From assembly GCA_964035545.1 (NCBI GenBank), contig OZ037770.1, positions 3,566,662 to 3,630,661 of the forward strand: 64,000 nucleotides of DNA, given 5' to 3'. Numbering within the stretch: position 1 is the stretch's first letter; every line of letters begins with the position of its first letter. The stretch comes from Bugula neritina. Lineage: Eukaryota; Animalia; Bryozoa. Below, one piece after another: positions 52,601-61,400 of the stretch. Position numbers and translations under genes: made by a program. The notes beneath the pieces were generated by a model. It saw only the letters and a list, made by a program, of their open reading frames with translations, was not told the origin of the DNA and ran no database searches.

Positions 52601-55600
52601 GTTTGCCAAACAACGTTGTTTGAAATGTTCTATGAATGTTGTATAAATGTTTAGTAAAACAATTTAGTTAAAACATTTATAAAACATTTTGAAAAAACAT
52701 TGATCCAACCTTTTTATCAAACATTCTATTAACCTTGGTAAAAATCATTTATTGAACGTTGAATTAAAACATTGTCGTTACGTTTGAAAGAAACGTTGTA
52801 TTGAAATGTTGTATAAACGTTGTATTATTGTTTTATTGAAACAGTTTGTGCAAAACGTTGATAGAATGTTTTGAAAACAACATTAACACAACCTTTTTTT
52901 CAAACACTTAATAAACCTTTGAAAAATACATTTATTAAACGTTGGGTTATAACGTTAATTTTATGTTTAGAACAAACGTTGCTTTGAAACATTCTACCAA
53001 CGTTTAATGGATGTTTTGTTACAACGTTTGGGTCAAACATTTAATGAACGTTGTGATATACATTTATACAACAACTTTTCTCAACATTTATTAAATGTTT
53101 GACCAAAATGTTGACTTTAAACATTTATCAAACATTACCATAACGTTAAACGGAAATGTTTGATTCTAATGTTGTGAACAAAACCTTCTGACAACACATC
53201 CAAAGGTTGTATAAACGTTTCTTGTTAGTTGGGGGCCCATATTCAACTCTTTGAGTGATGTGAGTGATGACACAACTTTTGGTACTGTGTTGACAGGATT
53301 CCATCCTATGTAGAGTTTCTCTAACTGAGTCAGCTGACATATACTGCAATATAAAGTGTATGATGAATGTAGACTGACTTATACATTTTATAATTGCAAA
53401 AATTGCTATAACTACCATATAATTATGACGGATATGACAACTACATGTACCATCACCTTGTTTCTTCACTACAGCTTTATTCAACTTATCATGACACTGG
53501 AATACTATATAGGCGAAGATATATTAATGTACCATAATGGTATACAACTATTTAGGGGAGCAGCCGTAGTCTAGGGGTTAGAGCATATGCCTAGCAAACA
53601 CGAAGGTCATGGGTTTGAGCCCAGACAAAGGCCATTGGTGATATTAGGAAAAGCATCCAGTCATAATTGCTCCTGTGCCTCATTTAAACAATTCCTTAGC
53701 CCGATTTAGACAGGGATAGTGACTATAAATTTGCGTGAGAAAAAAATGGTATACATAACTATTTAATTATTATACTCAGTAAACACAAGTAAACTAGATA
53801 TAATGACTTATTATCAATTACACTTTTTAACAGCGTAAGGATATACTATAATACAACGATCGACATACCTTAAAACTATGGGGTTTTCACATTATTGCAA
53901 ACCATTACATACGTCATATATAGATGACTTCAAAAAAATACATTTTTTATTTTCCCACTTTATGTTGGCACACAATAATGTTAGTTTTAAACAACTCATT
54001 AACTGTAATTGTAAAGTTAGCACTGAACATAATTAATTCAAGCAGTAAAAGTAACATAGTGTAATGAATACGTAATAGTTAATCAAGCATTCAGCGTTGT
54101 GTTTAACATAACGTTTCACTCAAATAGGCTATCACATCACTTGATTCCCGCCTACGCAGCGACTGCATGCTAGTTGTAAATTCACTAATTAGATTGCAGC
54201 ACGCCCCCGCCCATTGGCTGTGGCTTTAAGCTTTGGCAGCCCGGATGTTTCAGTGCAGACGTTGAACCTACGCAGCTATAGTAGAATAGTAGCTGCTAGC
54301 GATGCAATTTCATCACATCGATAACAATCAATTTTAAATGATATAATTCATAAAATATAAATTAATTTAAATTGGAATTAACTTAAAGAAGCACAGGTTA
54401 GTTTTGTCTTTCAGTATTTGTAATAATTTGAGGCTTTCCTTAAGTATTTTTATCTATTTTTAGCTATATAGATAAGAATAACTATTTGGTTTATTAAACA
54501 TGTTTATAAGTTTGACAATTTTTAGAATGCTAGTGCGGTCAGTGTATGATAGAATGTATGGCTATGTGTTTACTTTATAAGAGGTTTTTCATAAAATTAC
54601 TACTCTAAAGGCAGGCTCTCTAGTGATTGATCAGTTTGTCACTAGATAGTATAAATATTCTAATTGGCAGTTAAAGCCTTATTTTTACACTTACATGCAG
54701 TATTTTAATGCAGCTACTAATTCAAGTCAACATTGAACATAAGTTTTAATCCCTGTCTTTGAGCTATACATTCATTTTTACTAATTGTGTCAGCATTTGT
54801 TTAATTGCAGTTATCACCTAATGTCATTTTTATTATAGTTTGATATTTTTTAGTAGACCTGTAATACCGTTTCATAGAAACAAACTCACCCTAGGTAGCC
54901 ACTAAAAGAAGGCAAGAGGTGATTAATTCAAGATCTGTATACATGTTTGATTATTTTGCAATTTCACGAATAATTTTCTGTTTGTTTTATTTTAAAAACC
55001 TGTTATAATTGCATATATTAATAACCTACTTTTACAGTTTCTTACGGCAGTTGGAATAAGTAAAAATAAAATACTAACACCAACACCATGCAGTACAATT
55101 CATCTATAGTTAGTGGTGATGCTAAAGTAAGTGACACAAACCTCTCAGGAAGAGTAGATAATCCACAGCTCATCAGATTCAACTCTTTAAGTGACGTGAG
55201 TGATGACACAACTTCTGGTACTGTGTAGAGAAGATTATCTTCTATGTCTAGCTTCTCTAACTGAGTCAGCTGGCATAAACTGTAATATAAAGTGAATGAT
55301 ATATATTCAGTGTGCACTACCATAATATTTTATACTATATTAACCTATTGTCTTAAACCAGGTAAAATTATATATACACTATATGCAACTTAACTACCAA
55401 ACAACTTATTGTAGCATATAGTACATGTTGCAAAGCATGAAAATATAGCAGTTTATTATAATAGCATAAAAGTATTCAATTATTATACTCATTGAATGCT
55501 AAAAAACTACAACTAACTGCTAACTATTAATTACATTTTCATATCACAAGAATATAATATAATGGCATACTTTAAAATTATGTTATTTTTACAATATTAT

Positions 55601-56773
55601 GAACTATTACATATATATTCCTTTAAAAAATGCATTTCATGTTTCTCAATTATATAATGACATACTGTAATACTACTTGGTAAGCATATATAATAATGTC
55701 AAATATTGAATGCATGTTTAAAAAAAAAAACAATGACACAAACCTCTTAGGTAGATTAGATAATTCACAGCTCCTCATATTCAACTCTTTAAGTGATGTG
55801 AGTGATGACACAACTTCTGGTACTGTGTCGAGAGGATTCCATCCTATCTCTAGTTTCTCTAACTGAGTCAGCTGACATAAACTGTAATATATAGTGAATG
55901 GTATATGTAGTCTACTGTATCATATAATGACATAATCTGTAGCTACTCAGTTATAATGTAAATTATGTAGTAAACAATTTTGTTGAGACAGGGCACAACA
56001 AAAAGATTATATTATGGCGTGTTATAGGTGTATTGGATGCCCTGTGTAGAGTTGACTGATTAGATTTGTTTATAAGGTTAGCCTGTTAGTTTAGTTATAG
56101 ATAAAGGCTACTCTACAATGTAATGCTATATGGCATGACTGTAATAAATAGTATACAATATTATAGCTGATCTGACATAAATTAGCCTCAATTTGTCATT
56201 TTGATAAATCTGTTATTTTTGGATTTAGCGTTATATAATATATATGTATGCCTCCTACTTGTACATGTATGTGATATAGTACTATGCTACACATATACTG
56301 TATAGTATGTTACCTTTGGTACTCAACTATATGAAACATGCTTATATTGATGATATAATATCCATAACAGTAAAAACAGTTTTGTACTGTTTAAGTTCTA
56401 CAACTGTTTTGGCTTGTGTAGATACAATGTTTTGCTTATTACTATAGGTTTATATACTGCATGATAATATTATAAGTATGAATGTAAGTGACGACAGTTA
56501 ACACAACTAAATTTATTTTACAGCTATATACTGCAGAAATACTAACTTGTCTAGACTTGCTCTGTCAGTCAGGTTAGAAACACATAGACACAGGGCTCTA
56601 CCAGCAACCTCTCCAATGTTGTTTGGAATTCTCCCTTCCAGTTTGAGATATGTGATATGACAACTTCCAACTTCACGTTTTACCTCAGCAGTATTGTATG
56701 ATTTGGTAATAACATACTGTATATCTGACCAGTCTACAGGAGGCTGACCAGAATGTCTGAACCAGATTCTCAT
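13496..56773 (-). CDS. Multi-exon LRR-Roc-COR-caspase (ROCO/MFHAS1-like fused to a C14 caspase-like domain), ~1250 aa; one LRR exon TE-disrupted
   Basis: Exons 56773-56547, 55881-55744, 55279-55142, (53343-53236 + 31812-31783), 24646-22641, 22355-22269, 22066-21912, 15566-15396, 15124-14911, 14700-14473, 14218-14115, 13645-13496. All junctions are GT/GC-AG with compatible phases; total 3756 nt = 1252 codons with no internal stop. Confidence 0.7.
14115..14218 (-). CDS. Caspase small-subunit exon (GC-AG donor)
   Basis: SSKRHPEYGSPIIRALVSSIYKHACHRDLYTIFQQ resembles caspase p10 SxR...GSxFIxAL; donor CAG|GCAAGT. Confidence 0.8.
14473..14700 (-). CDS. Caspase inter-subunit linker / start of small subunit exon
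   Basis: ANIDVNPDRSGLAAAQEEETEAVSSTHSEADDD...DNLLVLKSNVC; TTGCAG acceptor, GTAAGT donor, phase 1-1. Confidence 0.75.
14911..15124 (-). CDS. Caspase large-subunit exon with His motif and degenerate Cys motif
   Basis: ILVIMTHGGEDNCIYGTD...KPKPTVVILEASSE; TTGTAG acceptor, GTGAAT donor. Confidence 0.88.
15396..15566 (-). CDS. Caspase large-subunit first exon
   Basis: VFSMTRERGKALIINNKNFVERPDLCREGSDADVENMSVMLKSLRFDVETHTDLKAE is the typical caspase start (RG.ALIINN, R.GS..D). Confidence 0.9.
16156..16885 (-). pseudogene. Element 2 extra 3' ORF (tandem zinc finger, Pro-rich, coiled coil), with in-frame stops
   Basis: CQACLEEFPSHRSLRLHVDAHFLLHFCPCGFHDVCPYQVIVHKMSC ... RLATVEERLL*LQAEFTQLAPDLLDTTTGLYQLKDSVGRLKRR. 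Confidence 0.7.
16885..17570 (+). mobile_element. AT-rich insertion in element 2, including a partial copy of the MULE-like MITE internal sequence
   Basis: 16885-17180 aligns with 29227-29470 and 40500-40760; abrupt GC drop within GC-rich Gypsy sequence. Confidence 0.6.
21342..21690 (-). repeat. 5' LTR of element 2 (349 bp)
   Basis: TG...CA termini; shares terminal sequence CCACGCATAGTAATTGTGCAAATTACAACA with the element 1 LTR; followed by PBS. Confidence 0.88.
21912..22066 (-). CDS. Acidic linker exon between COR and caspase
   Basis: DEFDDGDLSDLSEDDDNLYPDEGNKEDMKLIQLELKPTTNTKIKQLFSNTDK; CTGCAG acceptor (phase 1); AAG|GTAAAT donor (phase 0) matches the first caspase exon. Confidence 0.65.
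22269..22355 (-). CDS. Short post-COR exon
   Basis: CETFSEAETIHLKKFLSELKLRREQNKSN; TTCAG acceptor, GTAAAA donor, phase 1-1. Confidence 0.6.
22641..24646 (-). CDS. Large exon: last LRRs, Roc GTPase, COR and Cys-rich tail (MFHAS1-like ROCO)
   Basis: Intact ~668-codon frame. LRR cap PPLEVCERG, P-loop GNTMAGKTS, G3 DMGGQEVY, G4 FTHKD, COR motif YMHDCGKVLWY, tail CICAHC. Confidence 0.93.
27190..28525 (+). mobile_element. Gmr1-like Ty3/Gypsy 3' remnant (integrase followed by RNase H end, PPT, LTR)
   Basis: Integrase C-terminal half ALFAYREVPQESTGFAPFELLYGR..GPF, then RVMRWAM*LHNFRIKVE*IKGKDNVGADYLSRI. PPT AGAATGGGGGG; LTR 28003-28525 TGTCACAAA...TTTGTGACA. Confidence 0.85.
28526..28920 (+). mobile_element. 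RTE-clade LINE 3' fragment
   Basis: EMRML...VTNDSIRE...MRRRPLQWY...KRKRVKPKKKLMDTVKDD matches the C-terminal region of RTE ORFs. Confidence 0.7.
29102..30198 (+). mobile_element. Non-autonomous Mutator (MULE/Rehavkus-like) element with 9-bp TSD
   Basis: TSD ATCAGGTTT at 29093-29101 and 30199-30207; TIRs built of tandem CCGAAGGT(G/C)CATTG units. Confidence 0.85.
31783..31812 (-). CDS. 3' piece of TE-split LRR exon
   Basis: (G)NCKLSELPER plus GTTTGT donor; downstream intron homologous to 58120-58278. Confidence 0.8.
33090..34420. repeat. ~65-bp minisatellite, about 21 copies
   Basis: Recurring core AAATGGGTGGGCAACTTCAA(G/T)TTTATGTACATTTCACTATAAA. Confidence 0.9.
40422..41489 (+). mobile_element. 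Second copy of the MULE-like MITE
   Basis: Colinear with 29102-30198; TSD CCATTATTT / CCATTATTG. Confidence 0.85.
42297..45791 (+). mobile_element. PIF/Harbinger-ISL2EU-type element with ~880-bp inverted arms and truncated transposase
   Basis: Arms 42297-43181 and 44917-45791 are near-perfect inverted copies. Internal TDEQTKFYTGIP and LTGQDRLLLALMKLRQGLQFQILAGLFYISR (transposase HTH region). Confidence 0.8.
46365..47755. repeat. ~370-bp direct duplication (46365-46740 and 47380-47755)
   Basis: Colinear high-identity blocks seen directly. Confidence 0.85.
53236..53343 (-). CDS. 5' piece of TE-split LRR exon
   Basis: ICQLTQLEKLYIGWNPVNTVPKVVSSLTSLKELNM(G); TTGCAG acceptor. Confidence 0.85.
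53556..53730 (+). mobile_element. tRNA-derived SINE
   Basis: A-box TAGTCTAGGGG and B-box GGGTTTGAGCCC, followed by core TGGTGATATTAGGAAAAGCATCCAGTCA. Confidence 0.6.
55142..55279 (-). CDS. 138-nt phase 2-2 LRR exon (2 x 23-aa LRR)
   Basis: LCQLTQLEKLDIEDNLLYTVPEVVSSLTSLKELNLMSCGLSTLPER; TACAG / GTTTGT splice sites. Confidence 0.9.
55744..55881 (-). CDS. 138-nt phase 2-2 LRR exon
   Basis: LCQLTQLEKLEIGWNPLDTVPEVVSSLTSLKELNMRSCELSNLPKR; TACAG / GTTTGT. Confidence 0.9.
56547..56773 (-). CDS. Probable N-terminal exon of the ROCO-caspase gene
   Basis: Open frame MRIWFRHSGQPPVDW...RASLD ending at a phase-2 donor GTTAGT compatible with the LRR exons; could instead start at an acceptor near 56818. 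Confidence 0.5.
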
Positions 56774-57599
56774 ATCCTCTGTAACATCATACAGTGACAG
56801 TGTAATTACTACACAGTGCTAGCAGCTGTGATGCCAGGCAGCTTTAGGTTTACGAAAGTAAAAATTAGAAATAAATATATCACTGATTCCTGAAAACAAC
56901 CGTTTTATTTAAAATCTTTGAAATTATGCTGCTTCGGTTTCAATAAAAGCCCCCCCCCCCCCAAGTAATACTAGCATATTATATTCTTTGCTATACAATT
57001 TTAAAATAATAGTTTGAATGTTGATTTAAAGCAGCCGAAATTAAGCCGTGTTAGTATTTTATATTCACTAATAATTGGTCCAAATACCAACATCAAGTTA
57101 AAACTTTCTATATCTGACACTGCGTACTTCCTATACCCTATCAGTTACACAGATGACAGCTGTACTGCAGGATGATCATAGAAATACTCGAACTAGCGTA
57201 GCTATAGAGCACTTTCTGAATTGTGGAATCTAGAGCTATATAAGTATTTCAATGTTTCTCATATTTCAACTATAGAAAAAGGCATACCAATATAGAAAGG
57301 TTTCTGAAAAGTCTTGTCACAATAATATTCTTGTCAATTTAGATGAAACATTTGCTAGTTTTGCTCAAATAAAAAAAAATTTATGCATTGAAAACCAATA
57401 TAACTGATTGCATTCAAAATAATATTCAAATGAATGCCAAGTATATACTGCATCTAAATACAAATAGTGCGATAACCTTGGCATACACCATGTGCTACTC
57501 TCCTTCCCTCAATCGCCTTTGGACCATGTAGTTTACTTACTGTTCTACAAACAAACCGGCTACATATCTCTATCCTTAACTGACATTTGCAGGCATGCT

Positions 57600-57907
57600 G
57601 CACCATTATTGTAACTAATGAAAGATTTCTACCTGCACCTCCAGCCAAATCTGTGTAGTATTGTCGTACAGCATATAATCCTCTTTCGCAGACTTTTAGT
57701 GGAGGAGATGTAAAGGCATAGCAACCCTGTGTTATGAGAAGACTAAGATGTGTTAGCTGTAGTATCTCAGGGTTCAAAGATGTCATGGATCTGTTGCTGG
57801 ATATATTCAGTGTGTGCAGATTACTCAATGCACACACTAAAGATGGGAGACTAGTGAAGTCATTAAATGATATGTCTAGTATCTGTAACTTCTGTAGACT
57901 CTGTAAC
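57600..57907 (-). pseudogene. Truncated paralogue of the large LRR-Roc exon (breaks just before the P-loop)
   Basis: Near-identical to 24646-24340 up to GAGRNLSLVTIMV, then unrelated sequence. Confidence 0.85.
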
Positions 57908-58278
57908 CTAACAATACATTATAACTCTATAGTCAGCAAACTAGAGGTAAGAGAGATCTACTAGCTGTCATGAATATACAAAGATATTAAAGTAATAGAA
58001 GAGAAAGTAAGAAGTGGCAGTGACTACAGTGTGATTATTACATAACGCCCTAACTATTTGGAGTAGTACAATAGAAAGGTGATATTCTAGAATTTGCTCT
58101 TTGCCCTTTGCCCCATGCATGCATGAGGTATTACAAAAAAAAATATGTCAGATAAAACACAATACTCTATACTCTATTACTCTACATTCATAATGTATAG
58201 TTTGACTGTGTGACTGTTTTGCTGAAATGAATGAGTTTACAAATATCCTAAGTAGTAATTCTATTGTTACAGACAGAC

Positions 58279-58416
58279 CTCTCAGGTAGATCAAATAGTT
58301 TACAGCCCCTCATACACAACTCTTTAAGTGATGTGAGTGATGGGACCACCTTTGGTACTGTGTTGAGAAGATTCCAATTTAGTTCTAGTCTCTCTAACTG
58401 AGTCAACTGACAAAGA
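58279..58416 (-). CDS. 138-nt phase 2-2 LRR exon of upstream paralogue
   Basis: LCQLTQLERLELNWNLLNTVPKVVPSLTSLKELCMRGCKLFDLPER; TACAG / GTCTGT. Confidence 0.85.
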
Positions 58417-61400
58417 CTGTAAGGTAAAGTATATGATATATGTAGTTTGACTTAGACAGAGGATAATTATAAGAGTTGCTAAAACTACAACAAATTATGA
58501 GAGATATGATAACTACTATATCAAGTTGATTGTCTCTTCACAACAGTTCTATTCACCTTATCATGACACTTGACTAATATGTGAATATATAACAGTGTAT
58601 TATAATAGACTACAAGAATTCAACACTTAGTAAATACTAGTAAATTCAGTATATACTTTCCTAGAATGTTGTTTAGAGACATAAAAAAACTGCCTATGCA
58701 CAACATACTTTGCATCTGTTTAGTATCTCGTAATTAGACATAAAAAAATCAAAGCCAATTATAAGGCAAAAGACCATAATACTGTACTATCATTGGATAA
58801 TTCTTCATCAATAAACAGGTAGTCGCCAGTGGTGGATATGAACCCCTCCTAGATGTTTCTCGTACTTCTTCCTCAAAAAACATTTTCATTAAGCCAAAAA
58901 GAAATAACAATACACCTTTTTAGTTGACACTTTTTAATTTCTGACTGATATTTCACCTTATTTCCAATTATAATTAACTTTTAACCGGCACTTTTCTTTG
59001 TAGTAATTCCTACCCTTTAGACTGTGTACTTTGAAATGAGTCTGTTTTACTCGTTACATAAAGTATAGTTGCACTGGCTACAGGTTGACACAAAAGCAAG
59101 CCTATCTTGATAAAATCATGCGCAAATGTAGAAACTATCGAGGAGTTTGTTCCTCATAATTAGAAATTGACAAATTATTTTTAATCCGTTTAAAAGCATC
59201 TGGTTAGGGAAGCATATGCCGTGTTCAATTTGTTATTCTAGCATTAACAATAACAGAATGCAATAATTATAAGTTTATGAAAGTAATTTGTTTTCTTTCT
59301 AATTACAAATATAATATTTTAGTATAATATATTGTAAATTTATAAGGCTTGCATTAGGAATAACGCAGCTAAAACATCATTTTCCTTAAAGCCTTAAAAA
59401 TATATAAGTATAACATAATACACTATGCCAATAAACTTATTAAAGTACCAAGCAAGCTTAGCTAGTTTAAGAAAAATTACACTAGGTAAATTACCATTAT
59501 TTATAGAATGCTTGCTGATATTAGCTTTTGATGTAATTAAAGTAAATTATTATTTATCTTTCTAGCTAAGGATTTCTTGCCGTAAGTTTTGCTTTTATGC
59601 ATGGAGAAATGTCGTAACAAACGAGTTAAATTTTTATAGCACATAAAAATGTAATCTATAAGTCGAAAATATTTAAACTTAGCCATTAACTCATTTTAAT
59701 TAGAAATGTAGCCTAAATCTAATACAATACAAAATATATACCAGTATATATAATATATTTTTACCATGCTGTTAATTACAGTATTTGTAAGACAAATTTT
59801 ATGCTCATTAATTAAATGCAACAAATATTTATAAAATACTAATAATGTTGAATAAATAAATTCAATAATTCCTTTTCTATTTAAATGGCTGCATAATTTC
59901 TTGCAAGGTTGTATAAAGGAGTTGTGGCCCACCACTTATTATGTGTTCAATTGCCACATATGTCTTAGGAAGAAGAATACTCCCCAAAAATTCTTAGTTT
60001 GAAAATTCTAGTATAGTTAAAATCACTTAATATATGTCTTTGAAATGCATTTTGCCACTCTGCAAAGTTGCAGGAACAAATATTGCATGAAGTAATAAAT
60101 GATTTATGAAGTAATTAACAAACCAATGTAAAAACTGTTGTTGTATATAGAACACAACATATTGATTTTCTTCAATTTCCACATCAAATCTATATATTCA
60201 ATTATATCTAACCAATGCTATAATAAACTAAACATGCATGCATACAAATATTTGCATCATATGCAAGTAATATTAGCTAATTAGCAACTATAGCATTTTT
60301 TTCATTATCTTTATCGCTTGCATACGTCTAAGTATTATTAAAATAAGGTTTTTATTTGCAACTTTGCACCACAAATTACATAAAATCTAAAAACTTGAGT
60401 TGTGACATAGGGCTACCTATACACAAATAGACCTTCATAAAACTCTCAATGATTTTATTCAACTCATGTATGCAAAAGTTTTGCTTTAAAACAATTCTTC
60501 TAAACCACCCTAGAGCAGGAAATTATTACAAAAACAGCTTCTCATATATAATCTTTCCCCAGATTAATTTTTTTTCCTGTATTTAAACTAACTTAGCAAG
60601 TGAAGATTGTGATATCACTCAGGTAATCACATATATATTATTCATAGCTGTAATACTTTAGCAATAAATAGATCATGTTTAATTTCCACTCTACCTAGCA
60701 GTTTTTCAGAATTATAGAGCTATGTATATCGTGAAATTGGAATAGCCTAATAGTTTTACATGTGTTTATAGCTAGTCAAGTTAACTTAAAAAGCTTACAA
60801 TAATTAGATGACATTTGCATTCTTTTGAAGGTTATGGTGAAGCTACTGCAAAACTGGCCATTAGTTTAGCATAATATGCAATGCCACGCAAAAGCATGCC
60901 AAACAAGCAATGTTTATTTACCTTACCGGTGCAATTTTATCACCTTAAACACAAAAGCAAGTATAAAATACACATCCATATTAGATTAACTGTCAAGTTT
61001 AAAAAAGACAACATATATTCATGAGCTGGTTCTGTTTGCACAAGTACAATTTAGACCAGCTTATTATTTAGATTGCCACAAGAATATGACATAAAATATG
61101 TCTTTAATCATTATTTTGATATTCACTGGTTGAAGATATTTTTTATATCCTAATATGTAAATATTGTACATAAATCTTAAAAATTAACGTGAATAAGGAA
61201 AACTGCTAATTTTATGAAACTGTTATGTTAATAAAGACAATGGCTATCAACAAATCCCACCAGACCACAAACTAATTGTAAATACTAAAGCAATTATATA
61301 GTGCTATGTGTTGATCTAGCCTAGTTAATACACCACAAATATGTATTATGACATACCACATTTTAAGTACTGGGTTACCATTTATTCTAATGGGTATTTG

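Larger units (their letters stand above)
31813..53235. mobile_element. ~21.4-kb TIR DNA transposon (CACTA/EnSpm-like ends) with nested elements
   Basis: Ends CCCC(C/A)ACTAACAA / TTGTTAGTTGGGGG; dense AACGTT subterminal arrays at 31830-32340 and 52310-53220; removing it restores a 138-nt LRR exon. Superfamily call is an inference; no transposase identified. Confidence 0.8.

Noticed and set aside
53556-53630. tRNA gene
   Set aside because: A/B boxes are present but there is no convincing cloverleaf, and it continues into a shared SINE core.
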